DNA of 53,377 nt from a virus (Duplodnaviria > Caudoviricetes), in the IMG/VR virus record IMGVR_UViG_3300005043_000142, positions 1-53,377 of that record; one strand, 5' to 3'. The notes beneath the pieces are model-generated. The model searched no databases, was not told the DNA's origin, and saw only the letters and a list, made by a program, of their open reading frames with translations. Shown piece by piece: positions 11,301-17,772 of this stretch (position 1 is its first letter; the number at the start of each line of letters is the position of its first letter). A program made the position numbers and the translations under genes.

Positions 11301-13410
11301 CCTTTGGCTGCTTGTGCTTTCTGATCTGATCCTGAACATTCTCTGCAAGACGGTCTGCACGCCCGTCATCACTGAAGTCGATTGCATCAGCACCAGGCAC
11401 AGCTTCATCAGCGAGCTGTAAGGTCTCACTTACTGGAATATCCGGTCGCTGATACGGGATATCGTTGGTTTCTTCAACATCCACCAGTGGTGGCAACTCT
11501 GCAACCTCTGCTACTGGCGGAGGAACATCACCCAATACAATGCTCTCAGCATCTGCAGGGATTTCATCAACATCTGCAACCGGCGGGCGAACGCCTGGCT
11601 GCTTACCCTGCTGCTCAGTAAAGGCTCGCTCTGTAGCAGCTTTGGCGGCCTTCGCCTCTGCCGTGGTCTCCATGTAATACGGCGCATCAACGCTGGCCGG
11701 AATAGCTCGGGCCGGGTCAGGCTCGTAGTCAGCTACTTCCGGCATAAGCGTTTCAATTTCTTCGTAGGTCTCACCATTCTGTGCCTGTGCCGGTACTGGC
11801 AACTGTTCGGCACGGCCAACCATTTCGCCAACCGCAACATATTCCGCAGGAAGACCGCCTTTGTACTCTGGTGCTGCTGCTTCCATTACGTCGCGATAAA
11901 TCTTCATGCCGCGCTCACGGAATCGCTGCGCGCCTTCCAGATCACTTTCAGCAACCATATCTGCGGCCATTTCAAAATTGCGCTTGGCTGCTCGCAGGCG
12001 TACCGCCTCATCGGTAAAGCCTTGCTCTTCGGCAATTCGGATATCATCGTCAATGCCGCGATACTGGCCGCGCTCGGCTTTAATCTGCGCTAAAGCATCA
12101 TCCAGACTCATAGTTGGCGCTGGCTGTACCTGAGCCATAACGTCAGGGTTAGTTTGGATTGGCTGCATTACACGGCCTTCTTCGTCAACCTGCTGAACAC
12201 GGGCCGGTAGTTTATTTTCTGACGGCTTACCTTTGCTCATGCCGCCCATAACGCCACCAAAGGCACCACCAAGCACACCCTCGTTCAGTGCATTGGTCAT
12301 AACCCCTTCCATAGGGTCCCGGTCAGGATCAACGTCCTGCTCGATCATGGCGGTATTCAGAGCGTACTGCTCCATACCGCCCTGTCCCATTTCCGTAGCA
12401 CCTTGCGCCAAAAACTGCTGACCAGCATTGCTTAACCGACTGCCGGTACCAACACCCCGTAAAATACGGTCAATGAAGTAGCCGCCAGCGGCATCCAGTA
12501 CCAGGTTGGTGGTAATCAGCATTGGGTCGCGCTGAACAGCGCTGGACACTTCATCGGCAACCATCTTTTTAGCAAGGTCGCGGCGCTGGCCAACGTCCAT
12601 ATCCGGGTGCGTATCTACCATGCTCCAATAAGCGCGGCTGAATGCTGGTGACTGGTCCAGCTCAGCATCTGACATTTCCAGTACGGATTCCCGTGCCTCA
12701 TTACCAATCATACCTCCGGCAATACCGGCACCAGCCAGAGACTGGCCGGCAGTGCCAAAGGTGGCTTTGGTCACGTTCTGCGCGTAATGCTTAATGGCTT
12801 CTTCAGTCATGCCGCGACCAGCAGCGTGCTTCGCTGCCGCCTTCGCAACAACCTTCCCGGCAACCTTTGCGCCCAGCGTACCAATGCCATAACCAAGCGG
12901 AATCTGTGCGCCCATCTGGCCTACCAGCGTCATAAACTGCAGCCCCATGGCCCGCGGGTCAGTCCAGGCATCACCAAAGCCCATGCTGCCATTTTCATCT
13001 TCGGTAAAGAACTGCTTTTGCATCGCAGCCTGGCCGGTATCGCTCATTTGGCTGATTTGATCTTTTGCCAGATTGTTCAGTGCCTGACTGGCATTGCCCA
13101 GGGTTTCGCTGCCAGTAATCTGATGCGCGGTTTCAGCCAAGCCACCGGCCGCCTGCGCCGCACCCATCTGAATGGCATCAACAGCATCGCCAAAGAATCC
13201 CTGGTTGCTTTCAGGTGCCGGCATCGGTTCGGCGCTCACGGCTGGCCGGTAGGCACCGGGCGAACCCTGCTGAAAGGCAAGGTCATATAGGCTTGGTCGC
13301 TGATTCATCCGCTCGCCGCGCTCGCCGCGCTCGCGGGCATTTTGCTGGCGCCGGGCAATAGCAGTTTCGCGGTCCAGATCATTCAGACCGACAGTCGTAT
13401 TCTGAGTCAT
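2296..13410 (-). CDS. Giant polyvalent virion/ejection protein (InPase-like, N6-adenine MTase, zincin-like, MuF-C/PBECR-like and LPD38-like domains)
   Basis: 3704 aa. Motifs IENPRGS..HYGY..GADGEHIDV; FFPTP, EPSAGNG, NPPF; HEALGH; HPGMTAEQWKKLPEWIENPAAVF; PFLNARLQG, IPKPFEVG. Last gene of the virion operon. Confidence 0.85.
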   Translation of the reverse strand: MTQNTTVGLNDLDRETAIARRQQNARERGERGERMNQRPSLYDLAFQQGSPGAYRPAVSAEPMPAPESNQGFFGDAVDAIQMGAAQAAGGLAETAHQITGSETLGNASQALNNLAKDQISQMSDTGQAAMQKQFFTEDENGSMGFGDAWTDPRAMGLQFMTLVGQMGAQIPLGYGIGTLGAKVAGKVVAKAAAKHAAGRGMTEEAIKHYAQNVTKATFGTAGQSLAGAGIAGGMIGNEARESVLEMSDAELDQSPAFSRAYWSMVDTHPDMDVGQRRDLAKKMVADEVSSAVQRDPMLITTNLVLDAAGGYFIDRILRGVGTGSRLSNAGQQFLAQGATEMGQGGMEQYALNTAMIEQDVDPDRDPMEGVMTNALNEGVLGGAFGGVMGGMSKGKPSENKLPARVQQVDEEGRVMQPIQTNPDVMAQVQPAPTMSLDDALAQIKAERGQYRGIDDDIRIAEEQGFTDEAVRLRAAKRNFEMAADMVAESDLEGAQRFRERGMKIYRDVMEAAAPEYKGGLPAEYVAVGEMVGRAEQLPVPAQAQNGETYEEIETLMPEVADYEPDPARAIPASVDAPYYMETTAEAKAAKAATERAFTEQQGKQPGVRPPVADVDEIPADAESIVLGDVPPPVAEVAELPPLVDVEETNDIPYQRPDIPVSETLQLADEAVPGADAIDFSDDGRADRLAENVQDQIRKHKQPKGLDDGRLLRESFRNQLNHMANRLVRGGGIVQMVDKSGRVTGRTKSLNPDWFQNAPDNVKRLGVQGLQIAVRRSLAGKDLGKGQARAVRYLLDVFTDERNDYARDYLKPERENVLKFRKVMRGQMTAQEAGFVDADTPLARSVGAKQVELSDILEPEILEESFDDDALDSMGRALAEIMQNAKNAGVSDQVLVKAAQEYGHDPIALGMIIEELTERASNGNEITPASIEGFAAGGALEEESAEAEKSAGSGKRKSGAEKSVEPPDAGRASEKNIDEETPAAAGVSVSEARLTEVELLREYRDRWQYKFYPGGSWKYANSKEGAVKNATEAYQKAKPDELLTRDQRNLNADREEYESMDSRFSEMGREEIERTIKKLDADSESLRKVGQREFNGNGGRRTGAAVASEGSRRNAEERAKLQRYYRERFGEEYQGPSAIRNSAGNPFKNIGSARIALKKHPDYEIAKVGGGYELRRIPEGAATATNGNMAEPPRTGALDMNDDLSGEIDAAANEAATSPLNDKPEPTAAQIEAGNYEKGHVTVQGLDIAIENPRGSQRSGTDPDGKAWSVTMAHHYGYLKKTEGADGEHIDVYLGKNPESEKVFIVDQVNADGSFDEHKIMLGFTDKAKAITGYKENYEKGWKVGPVNELTMQQFKDWIATGDTEKPIDAGLSKAADKTGSESKKPESDKQAKPLTIDDINRESLESAYDVKKATQAYSHSVRSPGVPAKMHRDDFANTILNTQKDLQVITKSDQQKTVLDSEIVDFANEYLKRDAAVLAAREGVASSFIAGRNKFNGKQASARGNAFDRAQDSFSSWVKSRQSEIRNKVLAARTPEEIEAERAELKKQLDEKQQKREQSETELMKKAIQFKPGDEWKFGDYQVKRVTKGRDGNPVSVIVDAPTGELTSNTFNLKSIVFKGDDNAYLAAIERARADIPAESATPVALPDNLPPHEAVNALMRRLNGGDAVPASEVLQVFESVVADPDATKAALAKLKKAELVDHVRGYVYSDTQKDQLVRMAYSGIVQSFRFIGNNSGVVTWSHGDNVEAITQEHIKSLSDADISAYAADRKALIDEKIKAHQDYMERLKNPQTLEDYRRLIQVKGIDSLSVEQRATYDRLTAEKALEEKPVQAVKKGLETEGEIKTGEPEEGQNSKTGETIFNVKVIDRLGTDKFKEAAAFARRMKGGYWKGNFYFPSVETAQQFREWLNGKDIDLTEQVAQRLGEKKARAAARLQQMADRMKEAAEAELNTTRRANTIRQADMAASAVAKAEGAAVTAEVMRRVVNGEAPLLSRMTEKVQAELLARYTRGLVHNASADLTDRDNNGNRFFKADVTPEQMVSGAQMPLDFMYADSLEYIARDMEKVKGHKQAAASLRTLIRGAGDDKRIALNDRVRERIMNFASKHGESHMTYTDVSNQRKRLERMGITSLPVLRAALVEYINLKNSIDRPKKNNRLDDMEQALKRTVLSNRKAFNDFFPTPNDTAAEVVELADIQPGMAVLEPSAGNGMLADSIKGAGGNVDVVEMAGQLREILQEKGHNLIGNDFLELPADEKYDRIVMNPPFSKNQDIDHVTHAYSMLKPGGRIVAIVSSMAGDRSDSKNKAFRNFLNAIAADEQALPEGAFKSSLNPTGVSTKVLIIDKPESGGGETNTEMASGESSEVLFSLPRDNDPGLQKAIADRLKEMAQIAKDKGPSNPVDRSDTPPMADYVRKWIAGVEDDLGVKIEVVETKHDLPESVKADLGSAFNEVEFEGFYNTVTGRTYLIASHLTSRAAAVRAALHEALGHGAVINFIEAQRENGGKALDQVLDDIYQRIGKKLLMKKIQRYNLDLSKVRDRRDAVLEYIAHVAEEGKQMGLVRRVVAALRDLIRKIYPGIGWNDTDTLALIAKSKLHLQQEGTRGVVASRGFVMKQSDETQKRFENRIDALFSGSPASRQGVRILDGADILALLGFDDKPLHLVESAVGKKESGQIKHPGMTAEQWKKLPEWIENPAAVFKSQTQPGSLVLFAPEVVNGRPVRIILKPNAQAAGLDVHLAINAYEEGGSHITPVDKWVKNGDLLYLDEKQSPELNARSGLRLPRDVRQLRGLKTRVLIDRDLVNYRNQKGGGVRGLFRLSDALANDASLTDDQKAALSKIGPKSAAQTAIDRVRDTMTNWRLKVRQGLVDRYAGLLELDKQLLDGNVTSEENITKSAWVKARMSNAAGGAVSAMMNAGRVMLDADGVIDVKKDTSGLIYTLNQLGSAAEVERFMGWIAGNRGEKLMAEGRENLFTPEDIAALKDLNTGAMTDGRDRNATYEKVFAEFQQHRDDVLAIAEKAGIITSENREMWANEFYVPFYRLDEEAEQAQGPRVGGGLSRQQAYKKLKGGTQNLNDLLQNTIMNFHHLLDASLKNMAATQAVDNALELGVVEQTAEAIRDKKQSTFVLRNGEKIWYDVADPLVFQALTSLNPTGMNSTAMKVMRWFKRTFTNLTTSTPQFIVANLIRDSLSAISVTDMKYNAAGNVVQGLKSFGLSNRGGYQRARLMASGGAFSFGHAYGEDAEFIRYQIDGQMRRGKVLRDPKALLGHGLKPLQAAWDRWQDVNNSFENANRMAAFEQAEAAGKGKLYAAFQARDLMDFSASGAWPAVRFLIDVVPFLNARLQGLDKLYRSGVKPTTKVVMQMLGVGSIEASVTERQAAARFSAVVAALSVATMALYLRNQDDEDYQKAEDWMKDTYWWIRIPGTEHVGLIPKPFEVGAIATLAERLLEQAVDDQATGDLFAERLGHMLTSTFAFSPVPQMLQPAFDIYANRDSFTGRDIETMGQQRLSPSNRVNDRTTLVAEMMGTGLEATFGPDSKLALSPVQIDYLISGYFGQVGAWMVGHTDVLKRALSNNDAPARHWYEYQPIRRFYRNMDDPQSDKQTTLFYESLRDAARLHADVQQLKVEGNYAEAAELEKGNRDLLNGRLTLDRVNRKVTAINARIKAIKASQALSADEKRRQIDLLQLRKKQLIERVMPVVEKSQQ
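10450..10477 (-). terminator. Perfect 12-bp terminator-like stem-loop inside the giant gene
   Basis: AGAAACCCCGGC-AGCG-GCCGGGGTTTCT with T-rich tails on both strands. Confidence 0.55.
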
Positions 13411-13431
13411 CTTAATTTTGAGCCTTTTTGT

Positions 13432-15003
13432 TTAAAGACCGGCCAGATCAGCCGAGCGAGACGAGGAATTGTTGGCAGCCATAAGCTGCGCCATTTCTTT
13501 TGCGTATTCCGCAGCCTTCAAAGAATCAGGGCCTGCTGCAATCATTTGCTGTAGCCGCTCAATTCGCTGTTCACGTCGATCGCGCGGGGTTTTTGGTGTC
13601 GGCGGGGCTGATGCTGCAACGGTATTTTTGCCCCGTAATTCTTCAGCTTCAGCCTGGAATTTCACACGGGCGTTTTCCGGATACCGCGGATCGGCGGCTT
13701 TTGCCTCCAGCTCCTGAATTTGTGCGGTAACGCGGCGATCAATCTGGTTGGGCATCGGCGGTTGAGCGGTCTGAGCAATTTGCTGTTCAACCTGCTGCAA
13801 GCCCGGACGACCAAAGACTTCCGGATTGGCGGTCATGGCATTATCAATGCTGACTTCTGCTCGCTGGCGCGCCTCGATTCCAGCCATCACCTGCGCCACA
13901 TCTTCATGTGTTAATTCGCTGTAGTCGCCGGACTGGCGCTTCAGCTGGTGTGCTTGCAATACAACTTCCGGCGGCACACCCCACTTAATTGCAATGTCAC
14001 GGTCAACTTCAGCGGCTGCAGCCGCGCGTTCTTCCGGTGTTGTAAAATTGGCACTAGTGCGGATTTCCTGTTGCATTTTCAGGTAACCATCCACATCAAA
14101 AACACCGGTTTTTCCACCACGCCCCGAACCTGAGCCTCCGCGACCGTCATTTACAGAAGCGCCGCCAAGCCAATGTGAAAACTGCGCGTCCGATTTTCGG
14201 ATTGCAGCCGCCCGCTTGGTGCCGGTGGCTTCATCGTAAATATCGCGCACCTCGTAGCCATCGCCCCGCTCTTGCCTGCCCAGCACAATCTCGCGCAGAG
14301 CCGCAGTAAATGCCTTTGGATCATTCTTATGCCGCTGCAGGTTGTACGCCATATTGGCCCGGTGCAAAGCAGCCTCATGCCACTCGTTAATTTTTTGATC
14401 ATTGATTGTATAAATATCATCGTCAGGATCACCCGTACCGTTCCTGGTGAGTGGCGCGGTATATTTCGTTCCGTCACTTTTAGTAACCTCTAAAATCGGA
14501 ACCATACGAACATCTTCAACGCCATCACCGTCAGCATCCTTTCCCGTAGGTAACTCTTTTGCACCAATAATGCGCCGGGCCATTCCGTCTGTTTTTGTAC
14601 GTGCTGCGAGATCATCTTTCAGCATTAAATTAATACCGTCCAAGGCGCGCTCATCCCATTTGTTTTCAGAGACGGCGCGATGCATGAGCGTTCCGGCCTG
14701 CATCATTTCTTCCCGCTGCTCATCAGATTCCAGTTTATTAATACCAAGGCCGCTGTATTTCTTCCAAAACCCCTGATCTGGCGCTTTACCAGCTTCTGCG
14801 AGAGCGCGAGTCTCGCGGTCAAAATCAACAAGAAGCTGCTTGTTCTCTCGGTCTTCCTTTTCCATGCCGAATTGTTCTTTCTGCATTGCAAACTGCTCAT
14901 CAGCACGATCATTCGCCCGCTGCTGCTGCTGCATGCCATTCACAAATGAAGCGCCCTGCATCAGACCGCCCATAAAATTCATTGTGCTTAATCCGCCACT
15001 CAT
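13432..15003 (-). CDS. Putative DNA ejection/internal virion protein
   Basis: Gly/Gln-rich N-terminus, coiled coil, position directly before the giant gene. Confidence 0.65.
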   Translation of the reverse strand: MSGGLSTMNFMGGLMQGASFVNGMQQQQRANDRADEQFAMQKEQFGMEKEDRENKQLLVDFDRETRALAEAGKAPDQGFWKKYSGLGINKLESDEQREEMMQAGTLMHRAVSENKWDERALDGINLMLKDDLAARTKTDGMARRIIGAKELPTGKDADGDGVEDVRMVPILEVTKSDGTKYTAPLTRNGTGDPDDDIYTINDQKINEWHEAALHRANMAYNLQRHKNDPKAFTAALREIVLGRQERGDGYEVRDIYDEATGTKRAAAIRKSDAQFSHWLGGASVNDGRGGSGSGRGGKTGVFDVDGYLKMQQEIRTSANFTTPEERAAAAAEVDRDIAIKWGVPPEVVLQAHQLKRQSGDYSELTHEDVAQVMAGIEARQRAEVSIDNAMTANPEVFGRPGLQQVEQQIAQTAQPPMPNQIDRRVTAQIQELEAKAADPRYPENARVKFQAEAEELRGKNTVAASAPPTPKTPRDRREQRIERLQQMIAAGPDSLKAAEYAKEMAQLMAANNSSSRSADLAGL

Positions 15004-15012
15004 GGGATCACC

Positions 15013-15252
15013 CTATAAAAACTTGTAAGTCAGATAACCAACGCCAGCGCCAGCGACAGCCCCTACCGGCCCGCCAACCATAAAGCCTGCGCCAGCCCCC
15101 ATGGCGATAGCGTTTTTACGTGAAGCATCATCCGCCTGCTTGATCTCTTGCCACGCCTGCTTTCGCTGCCCTTCCATTGCTGCGGCGTGCTCTAACCCCT
15201 GATTTGCGCTGCTATCCAAATCCCGCTGAATATCCACCAATCCGTATGACAT
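15013..15252 (-). CDS. Small virion protein with glycine zipper
   Basis: GAGAGFMVGGPVGAVAGAGVG. Confidence 0.65.
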   Translation of the reverse strand: MSYGLVDIQRDLDSSANQGLEHAAAMEGQRKQAWQEIKQADDASRKNAIAMGAGAGFMVGGPVGAVAGAGVGYLTYKFL

Positions 15253-15254
15253 GA

Positions 15255-15788
15255 TTAACCTCCCGCTTTTGGCAGCATGGAACCTGCGAGAAGTGCGTTT
15301 TCGCGGTCGGTGGCTGCAAGTCGTGCATTGTTTTCAGCATCGATTAATGCTGCCGTTTTATTTCGGCTCATATCCGAAGCCCTGTCCGTTTTCTGCATAT
15401 CGCTCAGACCAATCCCCATGCCGGTGTCACGCATTTGTTGTGACTGCTGCGCCAGATTAAACCCGCGATCAACCCCTTCTCGTGCCTGGTCAACCGCTCT
15501 TTCGGTATATTCACCACTGGTAATGGTGTCGGCGTAATTCAGGATGTAAGGCATGTCGTTTTTTTCAAACTCATCCCACTGACGGCGCTTTATCTCGGCA
15601 TTAATTGTGTCGTATGACTTACCAGCCATGCTGTCGCCGATTAGTACACCGTCTTTTTGCAGCTGAGCTTTTCGGTCTGCTATCCGCTGATCCTGACCCG
15701 GAATATCCGATAGGCCAGCTGATGATTCATTGGATGGAATCGAGACGCCGCCTTTGCTTTTATTCTTGGTTTTAACGAACATTGACAT
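15255..15788 (-). CDS. Putative internal virion protein
   Basis: Operon position and helical composition. Confidence 0.6.
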   Translation of the reverse strand: MSMFVKTKNKSKGGVSIPSNESSAGLSDIPGQDQRIADRKAQLQKDGVLIGDSMAGKSYDTINAEIKRRQWDEFEKNDMPYILNYADTITSGEYTERAVDQAREGVDRGFNLAQQSQQMRDTGMGIGLSDMQKTDRASDMSRNKTAALIDAENNARLAATDRENALLAGSMLPKAGG

Positions 15789-15790
15789 AA

Positions 15791-16510
15791 CTACTCCGGC
15801 TTAGGCTTTCGATTCATGTAGGCTTGTCCGGCCATGCCAGCCGCCGTTCCCAATGCAGCACTGGTAGCAGCCTTGCTGTTAAACTTACCGAACGCTTTTT
15901 GCGCAGCCAGTTGATTGGCTCCTTCGGCGATATCCTGCAAGCCAGCCACGGCTTTAGTTTTCTCGCCCATTGCCATGGCAATGCGGTTGTTCTGACCTTC
16001 AAGGTGCGCGGAGTCCAAAGCAAATTCCGACTCGGCCTGCGCATTACCAACCGCTTGCCCCGTCGCATCCTGAACCGCAGTCATCGCGCTGGAAGAACGC
16101 CCTGAGCTGGGATCAACACCAACCTGGGCCAGACCGGTCTGCACCTGTCCGGCCAAATCATTACTTTGATTCTGAGCGTCAATATTTGCCCGGCCCGATA
16201 CCGCATCCTGCATCTGCTCTGAGCCCAATCGCTCCACTCGATTTGCGTATTCGTTTTTAACGAAATCCATTTGACGAGCAAAGTCATATTCTTTGACTGC
16301 AACGTCCGCAGCCGCTTTTTCTGATGAAGATTCACCTGGCTTTTCAGGCCCCTTGCCAAGACCGAGGCGCTCAGACGCTTCATTGGCCATGCCGTAGGTA
16401 CCCATCGTCGAAATATTCAACAAGCCTTCTTTGGTTGTCGGGTCAATTTGGCTAAGGCCTTTTGAAACCGATTTTCCGACTTTCTTTACGGCTTTCTTAG
16501 CCTTACCCAT
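15791..16510 (-). CDS. Putative internal virion/ejection protein
   Basis: Start reassigned to MGKAKK (GAGG RBS); Ala/Gly-rich C-terminus. Confidence 0.6.
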   Translation of the reverse strand: MGKAKKAVKKVGKSVSKGLSQIDPTTKEGLLNISTMGTYGMANEASERLGLGKGPEKPGESSSEKAAADVAVKEYDFARQMDFVKNEYANRVERLGSEQMQDAVSGRANIDAQNQSNDLAGQVQTGLAQVGVDPSSGRSSSAMTAVQDATGQAVGNAQAESEFALDSAHLEGQNNRIAMAMGEKTKAVAGLQDIAEGANQLAAQKAFGKFNSKAATSAALGTAAGMAGQAYMNRKPKPE

Positions 16511-16982
16511 TGCGCACCTCTTCAGTCTTTGCCATTGCAGCAACGGTATTACCCACAAGCCATTGATCACGGAATTCACCGCCGATCACTTTGCTTTCTT
16601 TTTCCAAGCCCTCATCAACCATGCCGTTAATCTTGGCAAAGTGATAAACCTCTGGGAAACACAATGGAATGCGTGCCTGCAGCTTGTGAATGCCTGGCAG
16701 CTCTTCCTGAATCAGTGACAGGCATTGCCGCCATGAAAGGTATTTGAATCTGCGGAATTCCGGCAAAATGTGAGCGTGAACATCCAGCGTCGTGCTGCTA
16801 AGCGCTGATAACCACCACGCGCCAATTAATTTTTGATGCTCGAAGGTGCCAATAAATAAATCATCCGGCCCCTCTGCCAGATCGTCAGCTGTGCACCCGT
16901 CTTCAGAAATTCTCTGAAAGATTTCAGGGTACAGAAGTACCGCCTTTGCATCTTCAAAGGAAATAAATTTAGAAGTGATCAT
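16503..16982 (-). CDS. GNAT-like (DUF2824-like) virion assembly protein
   Basis: DVHAHILPEFR and GMVDEG motifs; typical podovirus position ahead of ejection genes. Confidence 0.65.
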   Translation of the reverse strand: MITSKFISFEDAKAVLLYPEIFQRISEDGCTADDLAEGPDDLFIGTFEHQKLIGAWWLSALSSTTLDVHAHILPEFRRFKYLSWRQCLSLIQEELPGIHKLQARIPLCFPEVYHFAKINGMVDEGLEKESKVIGGEFRDQWLVGNTVAAMAKTEEVRNG

Positions 16983-16997
16983 AAGAATTCAGGCAAT

Positions 16998-17029
16998 AAA
17001 AAAGCCCAGTCGGAAAACCGGCTGGGCTT
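16998..17029 (-). terminator. Rho-independent terminator
   Basis: AAGCCCAGCCGG-TTTT-CCGACTGGGCTT followed by a T tract on the minus strand. Confidence 0.85.
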
Positions 17030-17053
17030 GATTGAAATTTGGGCATTTTAGAA

Positions 17054-17082
17054 AAAATACCATGTAGCGTGCACACGGGCAA
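17054..17082 (-). promoter_or_regulatory. Sigma70-like promoter (second late promoter candidate)
   Basis: TTGCCC-17bp-TATTTT with TGn extension; spacer shares GCACGYTA with the promoter at 34043-34071. Confidence 0.6.
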
Positions 17083-17085
17083 GAA

Positions 17086-17772
17086 TCAGATGATTTCTAC
17101 CCACGCGCCATTTTGGCGGGCGTAAATTTTCCCATCGCTTGGTGCGTCAGGAATAATTAAAAGGTTTCCGATCTGAGTGTCGGTGTAGGAATTGGCAGCC
17201 TGAACGGCTGCTGCTTCCCGGTCGTCGGTGTAACCCTTAGCGGCGTTCAGCACCTGATTGGCTGGCGCACTGGTTGCAGAAAGTCCGGCAGAGAATGGCC
17301 CGGTGTTGGCACCCAGCGACACATCAACGACATGGCGAAGAAAGTAATGCCAGCTCTGGCCATTCCCAGCCTGATAATCAACATACGAATTACCGCCAGT
17401 AAAACCAATTTGGGCAGCATCCTGCAATAACCCCGTAGCTGATCGCCATACTTCGGTTTTACCGTGACCACTGTAAGCGGGCGTAGCCCAGTGGATAACA
17501 ATGCCATCCGGTATCACAACAGCAACGACTGCTGAAGGTCGCCCTGGAATTACCTGACTCCCGCCCTGGCTGGGTGAGGTGTTGCCACCGACCCCCGAAG
17601 CTGCGGGCAATACCCCGCCACGGGAAATCATCTGCTGAACTTCGGATATCGTCGGCTTGCGATCATTTTTATCCCCGCGCACCCCTTCGGAAACCTCCAG
17701 AGCCTCAATAACCTTTTGCAAAGCCATCGGGTCTTTCGGATTGATCGACTGCACCCGCCTACGGTTAGTCAT
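17086..17772 (-). CDS. Tail-associated protein with FN3-like domain and C-terminal foldon motif
   Basis: Ends IPDAPSDGKIYARQNGAWVEII, resembling the T4 fibritin foldon. Confidence 0.7.
   Translation of the reverse strand: MTNRRRVQSINPKDPMALQKVIEALEVSEGVRGDKNDRKPTISEVQQMISRGGVLPAASGVGGNTSPSQGGSQVIPGRPSAVVAVVIPDGIVIHWATPAYSGHGKTEVWRSATGLLQDAAQIGFTGGNSYVDYQAGNGQSWHYFLRHVVDVSLGANTGPFSAGLSATSAPANQVLNAAKGYTDDREAAAVQAANSYTDTQIGNLLIIPDAPSDGKIYARQNGAWVEII

Noticed and set aside
3013-13290. Long plus-strand ORFs antisense to the giant gene
   Set aside because: Shadow frames with no recognisable motifs.
13310-13335. 9-bp tandem repeat encoding ERGERGER
   Set aside because: Short, in-frame and low complexity; no function can be supported.
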